DNA of 63,219 nt from Chloroflexota bacterium. Lineage in GTDB: Bacteria; Chloroflexota; Limnocylindria; Limnocylindrales; CSP1-4. Position 1 is the first letter of the stretch. Each line of letters opens with the position of its first letter. The translations under genes were made by a program, and so were the position numbers. The stretch covers positions 1 through 63,219 of the forward strand of contig JADGQK010000005.1 in the NCBI GenBank assembly GCA_017881915.1. The letters run 5' to 3'. The notes under the pieces were generated by a model. That model was not told where the DNA came from. It made no database searches and saw nothing but the letters and a program-made list of their open reading frames with translations. Positions 8,851 through 17,207 of this stretch are shown here, piece by piece.

Positions 8851-10014
8851 TTAGCCGGCCGCGAGGCCGTGGTGGCCGGGTCCGCGCGGGATCACCGGCC
8901 AGATGTCGACGACGACGTTGTCGTGGACCACGTGGTATGCGTCGTACCAGTTCACCGTGGCTGGTGAGTAACCCGGGATGAGGGCGACGCTATCCCCCAC
9001 CCGGAGCCTGGTCTCGCCGGTCACATCGAAGAGGCCGTGTTCCTCGTCGAAGCGGAACACCGGCAGATCGTGGCCCTGGATCTCGCACAATGCAGGTGCG
9101 CCCATCGACTTGTTGCCGGCATCGACCGTGAGGCGCTGGCCGACGCGGCTGATGACCCGCGCCTGGACCGTGAGCGCGAATTCGAAATCGGGCGCCATGT
9201 GGCCGTGGAACTTGTCGATCACGACATAGGTGCCGGCCTGGATCTCGGTCACGCCGGGGAACTGCGCGGTCAGCTCCCATGTGCCTGTCCCTCCGGCGGA
9301 AACGATCGGGCACGCCAGTCCGTTCGACCGGAGCAGGTCGGCGATGCCGACGAAGAAGGACATGGCCGTCTTTTCACGCTGAGCGCGCAGATCCGCCTCG
9401 GGAGTCGTCGAGCAGTGTCCCTCGTAGCCGGTCACGCCCTCGAGGCGCAGGCCTGGCAGGCCGGCCACCTGCTCGGCGAGAGCGAGCGCCTCCTCCGGCG
9501 TGTCGACGCCGCAACGGTCCATGCCCGTGTCGATCTCGATCATCGCGCCGAGGACGGACCCGGCGCGCACAGCGGCTGTCGAGACAGCTTCCGCGTTGGC
9601 CCGATCGTCGACCGCAACCAGCACGCGTCGCTCACGCGCCAGCTCGGCCACGATCCGAATCTTCTCGGGGCCGGCGATCTCATTGACGATGAACAGGTCG
9701 TCGATGCCGGCCGCGGCCATGACCAGCGCCTCCCAGACGGTGGCCGTCGAGAGCCCGATCGCCCCGGCTTCGACCTGGCGCAGCGCGAGCTCGGGGCTCT
9801 TGTGGACCTTGATGTGGGGCCGGATCCGGGCGGGCATGGACCGCAGGCGTTCGGCCCTCCGGTCGATATTCCGCTGGGCCACATCGATGTCGAGGACGAG
9901 GGCCGGGGTAACGAGCTCCTCACGCGGTCTTCCGATCGCCGACCCGTACTCATCACGGACGCGTTCGCGCGTTTCCTTGAGCAGCGCGACGGCCTGGGCA
10001 ACCGGCTGGGTCAT
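8851..10014 (-). CDS. Fold-type III PLP enzyme, D-serine dehydratase / D-threonine aldolase-like (alanine racemase N-terminal domain), paralogue A
   Basis: TPALVLDIDVAQRNI…IRPHIKVHKSPELA contains the PLP lysine context, followed by …GYEGHC… and a C-terminal DSD1-type domain. The start is the MTQPVA Met, which overlaps the stop of the rpe-like gene (ATGA). The upstream ORF extension is Arg-rich junk. Confidence 0.8.
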   Translation of the reverse strand: MTQPVAQAVALLKETRERVRDEYGSAIGRPREELVTPALVLDIDVAQRNIDRRAERLRSMPARIRPHIKVHKSPELALRQVEAGAIGLSTATVWEALVMAAAGIDDLFIVNEIAGPEKIRIVAELARERRVLVAVDDRANAEAVSTAAVRAGSVLGAMIEIDTGMDRCGVDTPEEALALAEQVAGLPGLRLEGVTGYEGHCSTTPEADLRAQREKTAMSFFVGIADLLRSNGLACPIVSAGGTGTWELTAQFPGVTEIQAGTYVVIDKFHGHMAPDFEFALTVQARVISRVGQRLTVDAGNKSMGAPALCEIQGHDLPVFRFDEEHGLFDVTGETRLRVGDSVALIPGYSPATVNWYDAYHVVHDNVVVDIWPVIPRGPGHHGLAAG

Positions 10015-10763
10015 TTCTCCCTCGCTCCTGGGCTGCCGGCAAGCTGCCGCCGCCCGCGTATCTCCCCGAGCATCAGTGCGGCGTTTTCCTCGGGGGTCCT
10101 GCCGTCGAATATCGCGGACCCGGTCACGATCACGTCGACGCCGAGCGTCGCGACGTGGCCGAGGTTCGCCCTCGTGATGCCCCCATCCGCACCCAGGAGG
10201 ATCGGCCGGCCGGACCGGGCGATCAGCTCGGCGACTGCGGCGAGCTTGTCCTCCATCGCCGTGATGAAGCCTTGCCCGGACCACCCGGGGTTGACGGCCA
10301 GGACGAGCACGTACTCGAGGTCGTCGAGCAGCGGCTCGAGTGCGCCCGCGGGCGTACCCGGGTTCAGGGCAACACCCCGAACGATCCCGCGTTCGGGATC
10401 GTTGGCATTCGTTGCCTTGCCGAGCACCTGGAGCACGCGGTGGGGATGGCGCGTGCCCTCGACCTGGAAGGTGATCATGTCCGCTCCGGCGTCCACGAAC
10501 GCCTGGACCTTCTCGACTGGGTCCTCGATCATGAGGTGGGCGTCTTTCAGCAGAGTCGTCCGCTGCGCCTTCACGAACGGGGGGCCGACGGTGAACATCG
10601 GCGAGAAGACCCCATCACCAACGTCCGTGTGGACGATCCGCGCCCCGACCCGCTCGAGCAGTGCCAACTCGTCGCCGAGATGGAGTAGATCGGCGGTCAG
10701 GATTCCGACGCTGAGATGAGGCCCAGTCGCCCGGAGGTCCGCGACGAGCTCGGCTACGCTCAT
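10011..10763 (-). CDS. rpe: Ribulose-phosphate 3-epimerase family protein (Rpe / LsrE-like)
   Basis: [16 protein letters not shown]…[12 protein letters not shown]…[10 protein letters not shown]…[12 protein letters not shown]…DGGI matches the Rpe family pattern. Both ends overlap neighbouring genes by 4 bp. Confidence 0.85.
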   Translation of the reverse strand: MSVAELVADLRATGPHLSVGILTADLLHLGDELALLERVGARIVHTDVGDGVFSPMFTVGPPFVKAQRTTLLKDAHLMIEDPVEKVQAFVDAGADMITFQVEGTRHPHRVLQVLGKATNANDPERGIVRGVALNPGTPAGALEPLLDDLEYVLVLAVNPGWSGQGFITAMEDKLAAVAELIARSGRPILLGADGGITRANLGHVATLGVDVIVTGSAIFDGRTPEENAALMLGEIRGRRQLAGSPGAREK

Positions 10764-11668
10764 CGCGCAGACACCAGCGGCTGCGGATCGTGCTCGCGAC
10801 GCAACGTCTCGTAAAGCTCGAGTGCCTCCCTCGGCGGCATGTTCTCGTGGACGACCTTGCGCACCGCCCGGAGCATTGCGATCGGTGAGTCACTCTGGAA
10901 GATATTGCGACCCATGTCCACGCCGGCCGCGCCGCCCTGGATGGCGTTGTATGCCATTTCGAGCGCAGCCAGCTCCGGCAGCTTCGTGCCGCCGGCCATG
11001 ACGATCGGGACTGGGCACGCCGCCGTCACCTTGTCGAAGTCGGGATCGCAGTAATACGTCTTGACGACCTGGGCGCCAAGCTCGGCGATGATCCGGCACG
11101 CGAGGCCCAGATAGCGCGCGTCTCGGGCCAGTTCGCGCCCGACCGCGGTGACACCCAGGACCGGCACCCCGTGACGGAGCCCCGCGTCGACCAGGCGGGT
11201 CATGTTGTGGACGGTCTTCGTCTCGAACGGACCGCCGATGAATACCTGGACGCCCACGCCAACCGCGTTCAAGCGAAGCGCGTCCTCCATGTCCAGGGCG
11301 ATCTCCTCGTCGGAGAGCTCCTTGAGGATCGATGGGCCGCCGCTGGCGCGGAGCCAGATGGGCGCCTGGGTCATGGCGGGCACGACCGACCGGACGATCC
11401 CGCGCGTCACGAACAAGGCATCGACGTACGGGACGAGCGGCAGGACGTCGACATCGATCCGCTCCAGGCCCGTCGTGGGCCCCTGGAAGTAGCCGTGATC
11501 AATGGCCAGCATCACCGCCCGGCCGCTGTCGGGCCGGAACACCCGGGCGAGCCGGTTCTGCATGCCCCAGTCGTACGCCCCGGAGCCCTTCAGGAAGAAC
11601 GGCGTGTTCTTCTGGAGGATGTCCTGGTGGTATTGCTTGGCTTCCAACGGGCTGTCGGCGTCAGGCAC
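10760..11668 (-). CDS. lsrF: LsrF-like class I aldolase-fold enzyme (3-hydroxy-5-phosphonooxypentane-2,4-dione thiolase family)
   Basis: The sequence lines up almost residue by residue with E. coli LsrF as I remember it: [46 protein letters not shown], …RASGG.SIL…, [51 protein letters not shown]. Confidence 0.85.
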   Translation of the reverse strand: MPDADSPLEAKQYHQDILQKNTPFFLKGSGAYDWGMQNRLARVFRPDSGRAVMLAIDHGYFQGPTTGLERIDVDVLPLVPYVDALFVTRGIVRSVVPAMTQAPIWLRASGGPSILKELSDEEIALDMEDALRLNAVGVGVQVFIGGPFETKTVHNMTRLVDAGLRHGVPVLGVTAVGRELARDARYLGLACRIIAELGAQVVKTYYCDPDFDKVTAACPVPIVMAGGTKLPELAALEMAYNAIQGGAAGVDMGRNIFQSDSPIAMLRAVRKVVHENMPPREALELYETLRREHDPQPLVSAR

Positions 11669-11700
11669 GCTTTCTCCTCATTTCGGGCGCGTCGCTTGCG

Positions 11701-11731
11701 CTCAGCATTGGCCACGCCCATGGCGTGCTGA
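11701..11731. other. Intercistronic stem-loop between lsrK-like and lsrF-like genes
   Basis: The sequence is CTCAG-cattgg-CACGCC-cat-GGCGTG-CTGAG. It forms a 6-bp inner stem and a 5-bp outer stem within the 75-nt gap. Its function is unknown. Confidence 0.25.
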
Positions 11732-11743
11732 GATGCATCGATG

Positions 11744-13309
11744 TCATGTGCCCGCCGCCCGCCAGAGCGGGGGCAACAGGCCGGCTTCTGCGATCTCGAG
11801 CTGACGGCCGTACACCGCAGCCCACCGTTCGTAGAGGTCGTCGTACTGGATGTGGGCAGCCATCTCCGGGTCGACGGTTCGCTCGAACCGGACGATCCGG
11901 CGGGCGGCCTCGTCGAGGTCCGGGTACAGGCCGGCACCGACTCCCGCGCACATCGCTGCGCCCAGCGAGGTGGACTCGCGCACGACCGGAATGCGCACCG
12001 GCACGCCCAGCACGTCGGCCACGATCTGCGGCCAGAGACTGCCCTTGGAGGCACCGCCGGTGAACACGGCCTCCTCGAAGATATGACCGGTCAGATCCTC
12101 GATGATCCGAAGGTGGCCCCGCGCCACGTACGCGGCGCTCTCCTCAATGGCCCGGATGCACTCCCGCCGACCCGAGCGCTCCGGATGGCCCACGTCAAAG
12201 CCGAGGAACGACGGTGACGCGTGGACCCAGTGCTTCGCGTTCATCAGGTTCGAGAAGATCGGCACGATCCCGTTCGAGCCGACCGGGACTGCCGCAGCCG
12301 CCTCCTCCATCAGGCCGTACGCGTCCCGTCCTTCGCGTGCCGCCCGCTCGACCTCGGCGTCGCAGAAGGCATCCCGGAACCAGCGCATCGTCAATCCTGG
12401 GTAGAAGCCAATCCCTTCGATCATCCACTGGCCAGGGCGCACATGGCAGAGCGTCCGCAGGCGCATCTCCGGGTCGATCAGTGGCCGGTCGAGGACGACG
12501 GTCGCCTGCCAGAAGCTGCCACCCACGATCGAGAAACGATCGGGCTGGGCCACGCCGATCCCGAGCAGCGCGAGCTGCGTGTCCGCGCCGCCGGCCACGA
12601 CGAGCGTGCCCGCGCGGAGACCCGTCTGCTCGGCTGCGGCCTCGGTCACGGCGCCGACGACCGTGCCCGGTTCAACGACCGGCGGGAACACTCGCGGGTC
12701 CAGGCCCAGGAGCGCGATGGAATCCGGCGACCATGTCCGTTCCGCCAGGTCGAACAGGTCCGAGCTCGACCCGCAAGTCGCGTCGGTGACGTATGCGCCG
12801 GACAGTCGCGTGAGCACCCAGTCGCTGAGCATCCCCACGTGGGCGATCCGCTCCCAGATGTCGGGCTGGTGGCGCTGGATCCAGAGGAATCGGGCCGGCG
12901 AAGTGATGGCGACCCAGTCGCCGCCCCGCCGATAGATCCGCTCGGCCTCCCCGCTCGCGACGAGCTCGCCGACCTCCACCGACGCGCGTGAGTCCACATT
13001 GGGACAGGCCCAGATCTCGGCCCCCGCCGCGTCGTACAGGACCATTCCTTCTCGCATGGCCGTGCTGCTCACGGCCGCGATGCGCCCTGGTGCGATCCCG
13101 GAGCGAGCCAGGGCCTCGCTCACGCACGAGATCACGAGCGGCCAGTTTCGCTCGGTCTCGAAGACCTGCGAGCCGGGGGCATCCGGCAGCTCGGGATGCG
13201 ACCACTCGCGCTGTCCGATCCCGACCTGGGTCCCGGCCCCATCGAAGATGACTGCGCGGCACATCCCGGTCCCGAGATCGATCGCGAGGGTGCAGTCGGC
13301 CTCAGGCAC
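11744..13309 (-). CDS. lsrK: FGGY-family kinase, LsrK (autoinducer-2 / DPD kinase)-like
   Basis: Several blocks shared with E. coli LsrK are recognisable: AIDLGTG..RAVIFD, REW.H…PD.PGS..F, MREG.VLYD..G..IWAC.NVD.RA, GLTMRWFRDAFC, GGASKG.LW.QI.ADV.G.PV.IPVV.E.T.LG, and a C-terminal PLWRAAG. Confidence 0.85.
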   Translation of the reverse strand: MPEADCTLAIDLGTGMCRAVIFDGAGTQVGIGQREWSHPELPDAPGSQVFETERNWPLVISCVSEALARSGIAPGRIAAVSSTAMREGMVLYDAAGAEIWACPNVDSRASVEVGELVASGEAERIYRRGGDWVAITSPARFLWIQRHQPDIWERIAHVGMLSDWVLTRLSGAYVTDATCGSSSDLFDLAERTWSPDSIALLGLDPRVFPPVVEPGTVVGAVTEAAAEQTGLRAGTLVVAGGADTQLALLGIGVAQPDRFSIVGGSFWQATVVLDRPLIDPEMRLRTLCHVRPGQWMIEGIGFYPGLTMRWFRDAFCDAEVERAAREGRDAYGLMEEAAAAVPVGSNGIVPIFSNLMNAKHWVHASPSFLGFDVGHPERSGRRECIRAIEESAAYVARGHLRIIEDLTGHIFEEAVFTGGASKGSLWPQIVADVLGVPVRIPVVRESTSLGAAMCAGVGAGLYPDLDEAARRIVRFERTVDPEMAAHIQYDDLYERWAAVYGRQLEIAEAGLLPPLWRAAGT

Positions 13310-14399
13310 GCGCGGTCACCTCGGCGGTCGTCCGACGCTGCTCCAGCGCCGTCCGATTCGCGACGTTCAACAGCGGATCTCCCACTGCGAAGCGGGTGAT
13401 CTCGGCCGCGGCCATCTCGCCCCCCCGCAGCAGCGTCTCGTGGGTCGAGCCGCCGATGTGGGCGACGATCGCGACATTGGGCATCTCGAGCAGGCGATGG
13501 CGCCGCCCGAGCTCAAGTGGCTCGTCCGGCCCGGGCGCTCGGACGACGTCGAGACCGGCACCGCCCAGGTGGCCGGACCGGAGCATGTCGTAGAGCGCGT
13601 CCTCGTCGACGAGCGTGTCGCGGGCGGTGTTGATGAAGATCGCGCCCGGCTTCATCCGCGCGAATGCGTCGCGCCCGATCAAACCACGGTTCTGCGCCGT
13701 TGAGCGCGCGTGGAGCGACACGAAATCCGACCGGGCGAGCAAGTCCTCCAGGCTCGCCGACTCCAGGCCGGCCGCCTCAATCACCCCCGGCTCCACGAAC
13801 GGGTCATAGACGATGACGCGCATGCCCCAGGCGAGCGCGAGCCGTGCGACGCGGTGGCCGATATGGCCGTATCCGACGAGCCCGAGCGTCCTGCCGGCGA
13901 GCTCGAACCCGAACCACATCGCGCCCTCGTAGTTGTCTCGCCCGAGTGCCCCACCGCCCTCGATGTAGCGGGTCACGGCGGGGATCTTCCGGGCGAGGGT
14001 GATCATCAGCGCGAACACGAGCTCGGTCACGGCCTGGGCGTTCTTCCCGGGCGCGGTCACGACCGGGAGACCGCGGGCCGTCGCCGCTGAAACGTCGATA
14101 TTGGCCGGTCCGCCGCGAGCCACGCACAGGAGGCCCAGGCTGGGGCAGCTGTCCAGGACCACATCGGTTACGGGAGCGCCCTGGACGACCAGTACGTCAT
14201 GTCCGTCGAGCAGCCGGATCAGCTGCGCCGGGCTGCCCAGGTACTCCTTGATCTGCAGCTCCGAGGCACTCGTGGGCTGCCAGCTTGGCTCGTCGATCAG
14301 ATCGACGAAGGTGATCTCGTGTCTCCGGCCCAGTTCGTCGAAGGCCGGGCGCAGGGCTGACGATGGACAGTACGAATCACCGGCCACCAGGATCTTCAT
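13302..14399 (-). CDS. D-isomer-specific 2-hydroxyacid dehydrogenase family (PGDH-like), with an N-terminal extension
   Basis: GRTLGLVGYGHIGHRVA is the NAD-binding GxGxxG motif. …FVSLHA… and the catalytic-type pattern RG…E…H (IVAHIGGST) are present. The stop overlaps the lsrK-like start by 8 bp. Confidence 0.85.
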   Translation of the reverse strand: MKILVAGDSYCPSSALRPAFDELGRRHEITFVDLIDEPSWQPTSASELQIKEYLGSPAQLIRLLDGHDVLVVQGAPVTDVVLDSCPSLGLLCVARGGPANIDVSAATARGLPVVTAPGKNAQAVTELVFALMITLARKIPAVTRYIEGGGALGRDNYEGAMWFGFELAGRTLGLVGYGHIGHRVARLALAWGMRVIVYDPFVEPGVIEAAGLESASLEDLLARSDFVSLHARSTAQNRGLIGRDAFARMKPGAIFINTARDTLVDEDALYDMLRSGHLGGAGLDVVRAPGPDEPLELGRRHRLLEMPNVAIVAHIGGSTHETLLRGGEMAAAEITRFAVGDPLLNVANRTALEQRRTTAEVTARA

Positions 14400-14456
14400 G
14401 CCACCCCTTTCGCCGAACGCCTGGTTGTCAGCACTGCCCCGGCGGGCGACACGCCG

Positions 14457-14978
14457 TCAGGCCTTGGTCTCGGCAGGCTGCGGTGGGTACTGGCGGACGG
14501 GCTCCAGGTCGATCGCGTGGCCCGATCCGCTTTCGGCCACGAAATGGACGGCGGGCATGGTGTCCACGTAGTAGAACTCGATCGTCTCGCCGATCCGCCC
14601 GCCCATCGTCACTTCGAAGCCGGCTTCCTGAAAGCGCTCCTTGAAGGCGTCCGACTCCTGCTGGGTGTGGTGCATCATCGCGATGTGCTGCACACCCTCG
14701 CCATACGTCGCGAGATGGTCCTTGTAGATGGAGTCGCCCTCGAGCGGCTGAATCAGCTCGAACACCAGGCCCGGCTGCACCTCGCATTCCGCGCCGATCA
14801 TCGAGTAGTTGGCGGGCTTCCCGTGCAGGTGCTGGTCGTGCAGCTTCGGCGGTACGTGCTCATAGACGTTCCACGGACCCCACCCGAAGAGCTCGTGGTA
14901 GGTCTTCATGGCCGCGTCGAGGTCTCGCACGACCACGGCGATCTGCGAGATGCGGTAGGGCTTCTCCGGGGGTTGCAT
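14457..14978 (-). CDS. VOC (glyoxalase / methylmalonyl-CoA epimerase-like) family protein
   Basis: ISQIAVVVRDLDAAMKTYHELFGWGPW…GVQHIAMM… shows paired beta-alpha-beta-beta-beta module signatures. It is the first gene of the minus-strand operon. Confidence 0.75.
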   Translation of the reverse strand: MQPPEKPYRISQIAVVVRDLDAAMKTYHELFGWGPWNVYEHVPPKLHDQHLHGKPANYSMIGAECEVQPGLVFELIQPLEGDSIYKDHLATYGEGVQHIAMMHHTQQESDAFKERFQEAGFEVTMGGRIGETIEFYYVDTMPAVHFVAESGSGHAIDLEPVRQYPPQPAETKA

Positions 14979-15281
14979 CGCGCTCTCCTTCCCCGCTCAA
15001 GCGGGCTCCTCGCGCCAATCGACCACCACTCCCACGCACTGCGAGGGAGATGGCATGCGGACCCGGCCGCCGACCCAATTCTTGCAGCCATGTCAAGACC
15101 TTGCAGGACCACCATGTCAGGGGCCTCTATGTCGAGGCAGGTGATGGGCTCGATGATGCAGGACATACACGATCCTGCCGAACCCCACTCCGGTGCGGTC
15201 GCCCTGACGGCCCAGTCGTGATAGCCTCGCATCGCAACACAGTTCGGCCAGGGCCAGCTGGCCGGCGAGCGAGGTGCAGGA

Positions 15282-16271
15282 GTGGACCCAAAGGGGCTGC
15301 CGGACAGACGCCCATCGCATCCGGGCGCGGCAGGGTCTGTGATCGACCAGGTCGTCGAGGTCGCATCGCAGTTCTACGTGCTGCGCCGTACCCAGGTCGA
15401 CATCGCCCACTCCATGGGGCTCGACCCGTCGACGGTCTCGCGCTACCTCAGGCGCGCCCGGGACGAAGGGATCGTGCGGATTGAGATCAGGCCGCCAATG
15501 GATGAGCAGGCGGGGCTCGGGCTTGCGTTGGCCGATCGCTACGGGCTTGCCCGCGCCATCGTTGTCCTGGGCGAGGACCTCTCCGTGGAGGACGTCGCAT
15601 CCGTTGCGGCGGACCACATTGGGGGCTTGCTCCAATCGGGCATGCGTCTCGGCGTTTCGTGGGGCCAGACGCTGTCGGCCGTCGTCCACAGCCTGCCGCC
15701 CGGGATCGTGTCGGACCTCGACATCGCACAGACCGCGGGCGGGCTTGGGAACACGACACCCGGTGTGCAGGGAAGCGAGCTGGTGCGCTACCTCGCCGAG
15801 CTGTACCCGCCCAGCCACGTCCACTACCTGCACGCCCCCGCGATCGTCGACTCGGTCGACATCCAGCAGGCAATCCTTAGCGATAGCTCGGTGCAGGCCG
15901 CCCTCGCCGCCGCCGTGCCCAGCGAGCTCGCGCTGATCGGAATCGGCACGCTCGGGGACGACGCGACGCTCGTCCGAGGTGGCCACCTCTCCGCCGAGGA
16001 CCGGATGCTTCTCCTCGAGCACGGCGCGGTCGGCACCATGAACACGCGATTCTTCGACGACGAGGGGCGTCCAGTCGCCGACCTCGAGGAGCGCACGATC
16101 GCGATCAACTGGGAGGAACTCCGGCGCGTGCCGACGGTCGTGGCGGTCGCGGTGGGAACAGCCAAGTGCCGTGCGATCAGGGGCGCGCTCAAGACTGGCT
16201 GTATTGACATCCTGGTCACGGATGCCCCTACGGCTCGCCTCCTTCTTGAGACTGCGCCAGCGGCTGCCTGA
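15282..16271 (+). CDS. SorC/DeoR-type sugar-phosphate-binding transcriptional regulator (LsrR-like)
   Basis: The HTH is VASQFYVLRRTQVDIAHSMGLDPSTVSRYLRRARDEGIVRIEI, followed by a SorC sugar-binding domain (…GVSWGQTL…IGIG…VGT…VAVAVG..K..AI.GAL..G.I..LVTD). It has a GTG start and is divergent from the lsrK/lsrF operon. Confidence 0.8.
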   Translation: MDPKGLPDRRPSHPGAAGSVIDQVVEVASQFYVLRRTQVDIAHSMGLDPSTVSRYLRRARDEGIVRIEIRPPMDEQAGLGLALADRYGLARAIVVLGEDLSVEDVASVAADHIGGLLQSGMRLGVSWGQTLSAVVHSLPPGIVSDLDIAQTAGGLGNTTPGVQGSELVRYLAELYPPSHVHYLHAPAIVDSVDIQQAILSDSSVQAALAAAVPSELALIGIGTLGDDATLVRGGHLSAEDRMLLLEHGAVGTMNTRFFDDEGRPVADLEERTIAINWEELRRVPTVVAVAVGTAKCRAIRGALKTGCIDILVTDAPTARLLLETAPAAA

Positions 16272-16281
16272 AGAGGCATCA

Positions 16282-16443
16282 AGGGGCAACCCGCCCGAAG
16301 CCATCGAGTCGAGCCTTGAGCGCGCCGAGGAACCGCGCCGCCTCGGCGCCGTCAACGGCGCGATGGTCCGCCGAGAGCGTGGCCGTCATCACCGAACGGA
16401 TGGCGACGGCGTCGTCGACGACAACAGGCCGCCGGACTGCGCG
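16282..16443 (-). pseudogene. Relic C-terminus of a 2-oxoacid dehydrogenase E2 (lipoamide acyltransferase) catalytic domain
   Basis: The reverse frame between stop codons at 16444-16446 and 16279-16281 reads RAVRRPVVVDDAVAIRSVMTATLSADHRAVDGAEAARFLGALKARLDGFGRVAP*. This is the canonical E2 C-terminal block, including the DHRxxDG active-site motif. There is no upstream catalytic domain. It overlaps the TIM-like gene 3' end in another frame. Confidence 0.6.
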
Positions 16444-17207
16444 TCAGCCTCCAGGTCGAGCGGTCGAACGCGGGCGTGGGCGATCCGGGCGAATTCCACA
16501 GGATCGAGGGCTGCTCGCCCGACGAAGAGCCCGTCCACCCCCGGTTGGGCGAGCAGCTCCCGGCACGTGTCGAAGTCGACGCTTCCGCCGTAGATGACCC
16601 GCGGTGCCGCGCAGCCGAGCCGAACGAGATAATCCCGGACCGCCAGGTGGATCGCCGAGACGTGCTCGCCCGAGGCGACGCTTGCACCCGCACCAATGGC
16701 CCAGTACGGCTCGTAGGCCACCACGACCCGGGCCAGCTCGTCCGGCCGGATGGCTCCGAGAATCGCGCCCAGATGGCGGAGGACGACGGCGCGGGCCGTC
16801 GAGGTCGGCATCGCAACGCGTTCGCCGACGCACACGATCACCTCGAGTCCGCAGTGAACCCCCGTGGCGACCTTCCGGGCGATCTGCCGATCTCCTTCGC
16901 CATGATCGCGGTGCCGCTCGGAGTGGCCGACCTCTACGAACCGGCAACCCAGATCAACCAGCATCGGGGCGGAGATGTCGCCCGTATGCGCACCCGAGAT
17001 ACTCTCGTGGACGTCCTGCGCCCCCCACGCAATTGCCGTGCCGGCCAGCTCCTCGCGCGCGACCCACAGGGCAGTGAACGGTGGCAGGACGAACAGATCC
17101 CGATCGTCGATATCGGCGACGAGTGGGACCAACGCCTGGAAGTACGCCCGAGCCTCGGTAGCCGTGAAGTTCATCTTCAGACTCGTCCCGACCAGCTCCC
17201 GGGTCAT
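16389..17207 (-). CDS. tpiA: Triose-phosphate isomerase family protein (paralogue-like; possibly a tetrulose/triose phosphate isomerase)
   Basis: GTSLKMNF carries the catalytic Lys (with Ser where TIM has Asn), VEVGHSERH the catalytic His, and VVAYEPYWAIGAG the catalytic Glu loop. The last roughly 14 residues (…GGLLSSTTPSPSVR) are read out of frame from the E2 relic. The start overlaps the RLP stop by 4 bp. Confidence 0.85.
   Translation of the reverse strand: MTRELVGTSLKMNFTATEARAYFQALVPLVADIDDRDLFVLPPFTALWVAREELAGTAIAWGAQDVHESISGAHTGDISAPMLVDLGCRFVEVGHSERHRDHGEGDRQIARKVATGVHCGLEVIVCVGERVAMPTSTARAVVLRHLGAILGAIRPDELARVVVAYEPYWAIGAGASVASGEHVSAIHLAVRDYLVRLGCAAPRVIYGGSVDFDTCRELLAQPGVDGLFVGRAALDPVEFARIAHARVRPLDLEADAQSGGLLSSTTPSPSVR

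Noticed and set aside
9037-10719. A 560-aa plus-strand ORF. Similar plus-strand ORFs occur at 6905-8320, 412-1296, 17207-18337 and 20205-21281.
   Set aside because: All are antisense to well-supported minus-strand genes (DSD1-like/Rpe, cyclase/SDR, LacI, RLP and E1 alpha). No family motifs are present. They are shadow ORFs caused by the scarcity of stop codons in GC-rich DNA.
16322-16349. The stem-loop CGCCGAGG…CCTCGGCG between the LsrR-like and TIM-like gene ends, considered as a terminator.
   Set aside because: It has a 9-bp stem but lies inside the E2-relic coding remnant (encoding …GAEAARFLG…). The symmetry may simply reflect that sequence. It is left as a note only.
15117-16355. A 412-aa minus-strand ORF covering the LsrR-like gene region.
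   Set aside because: The plus-strand frame has a clear SorC HTH and sugar-binding domain. The minus-frame product is Arg/Asp/His-rich with no recognisable domain.
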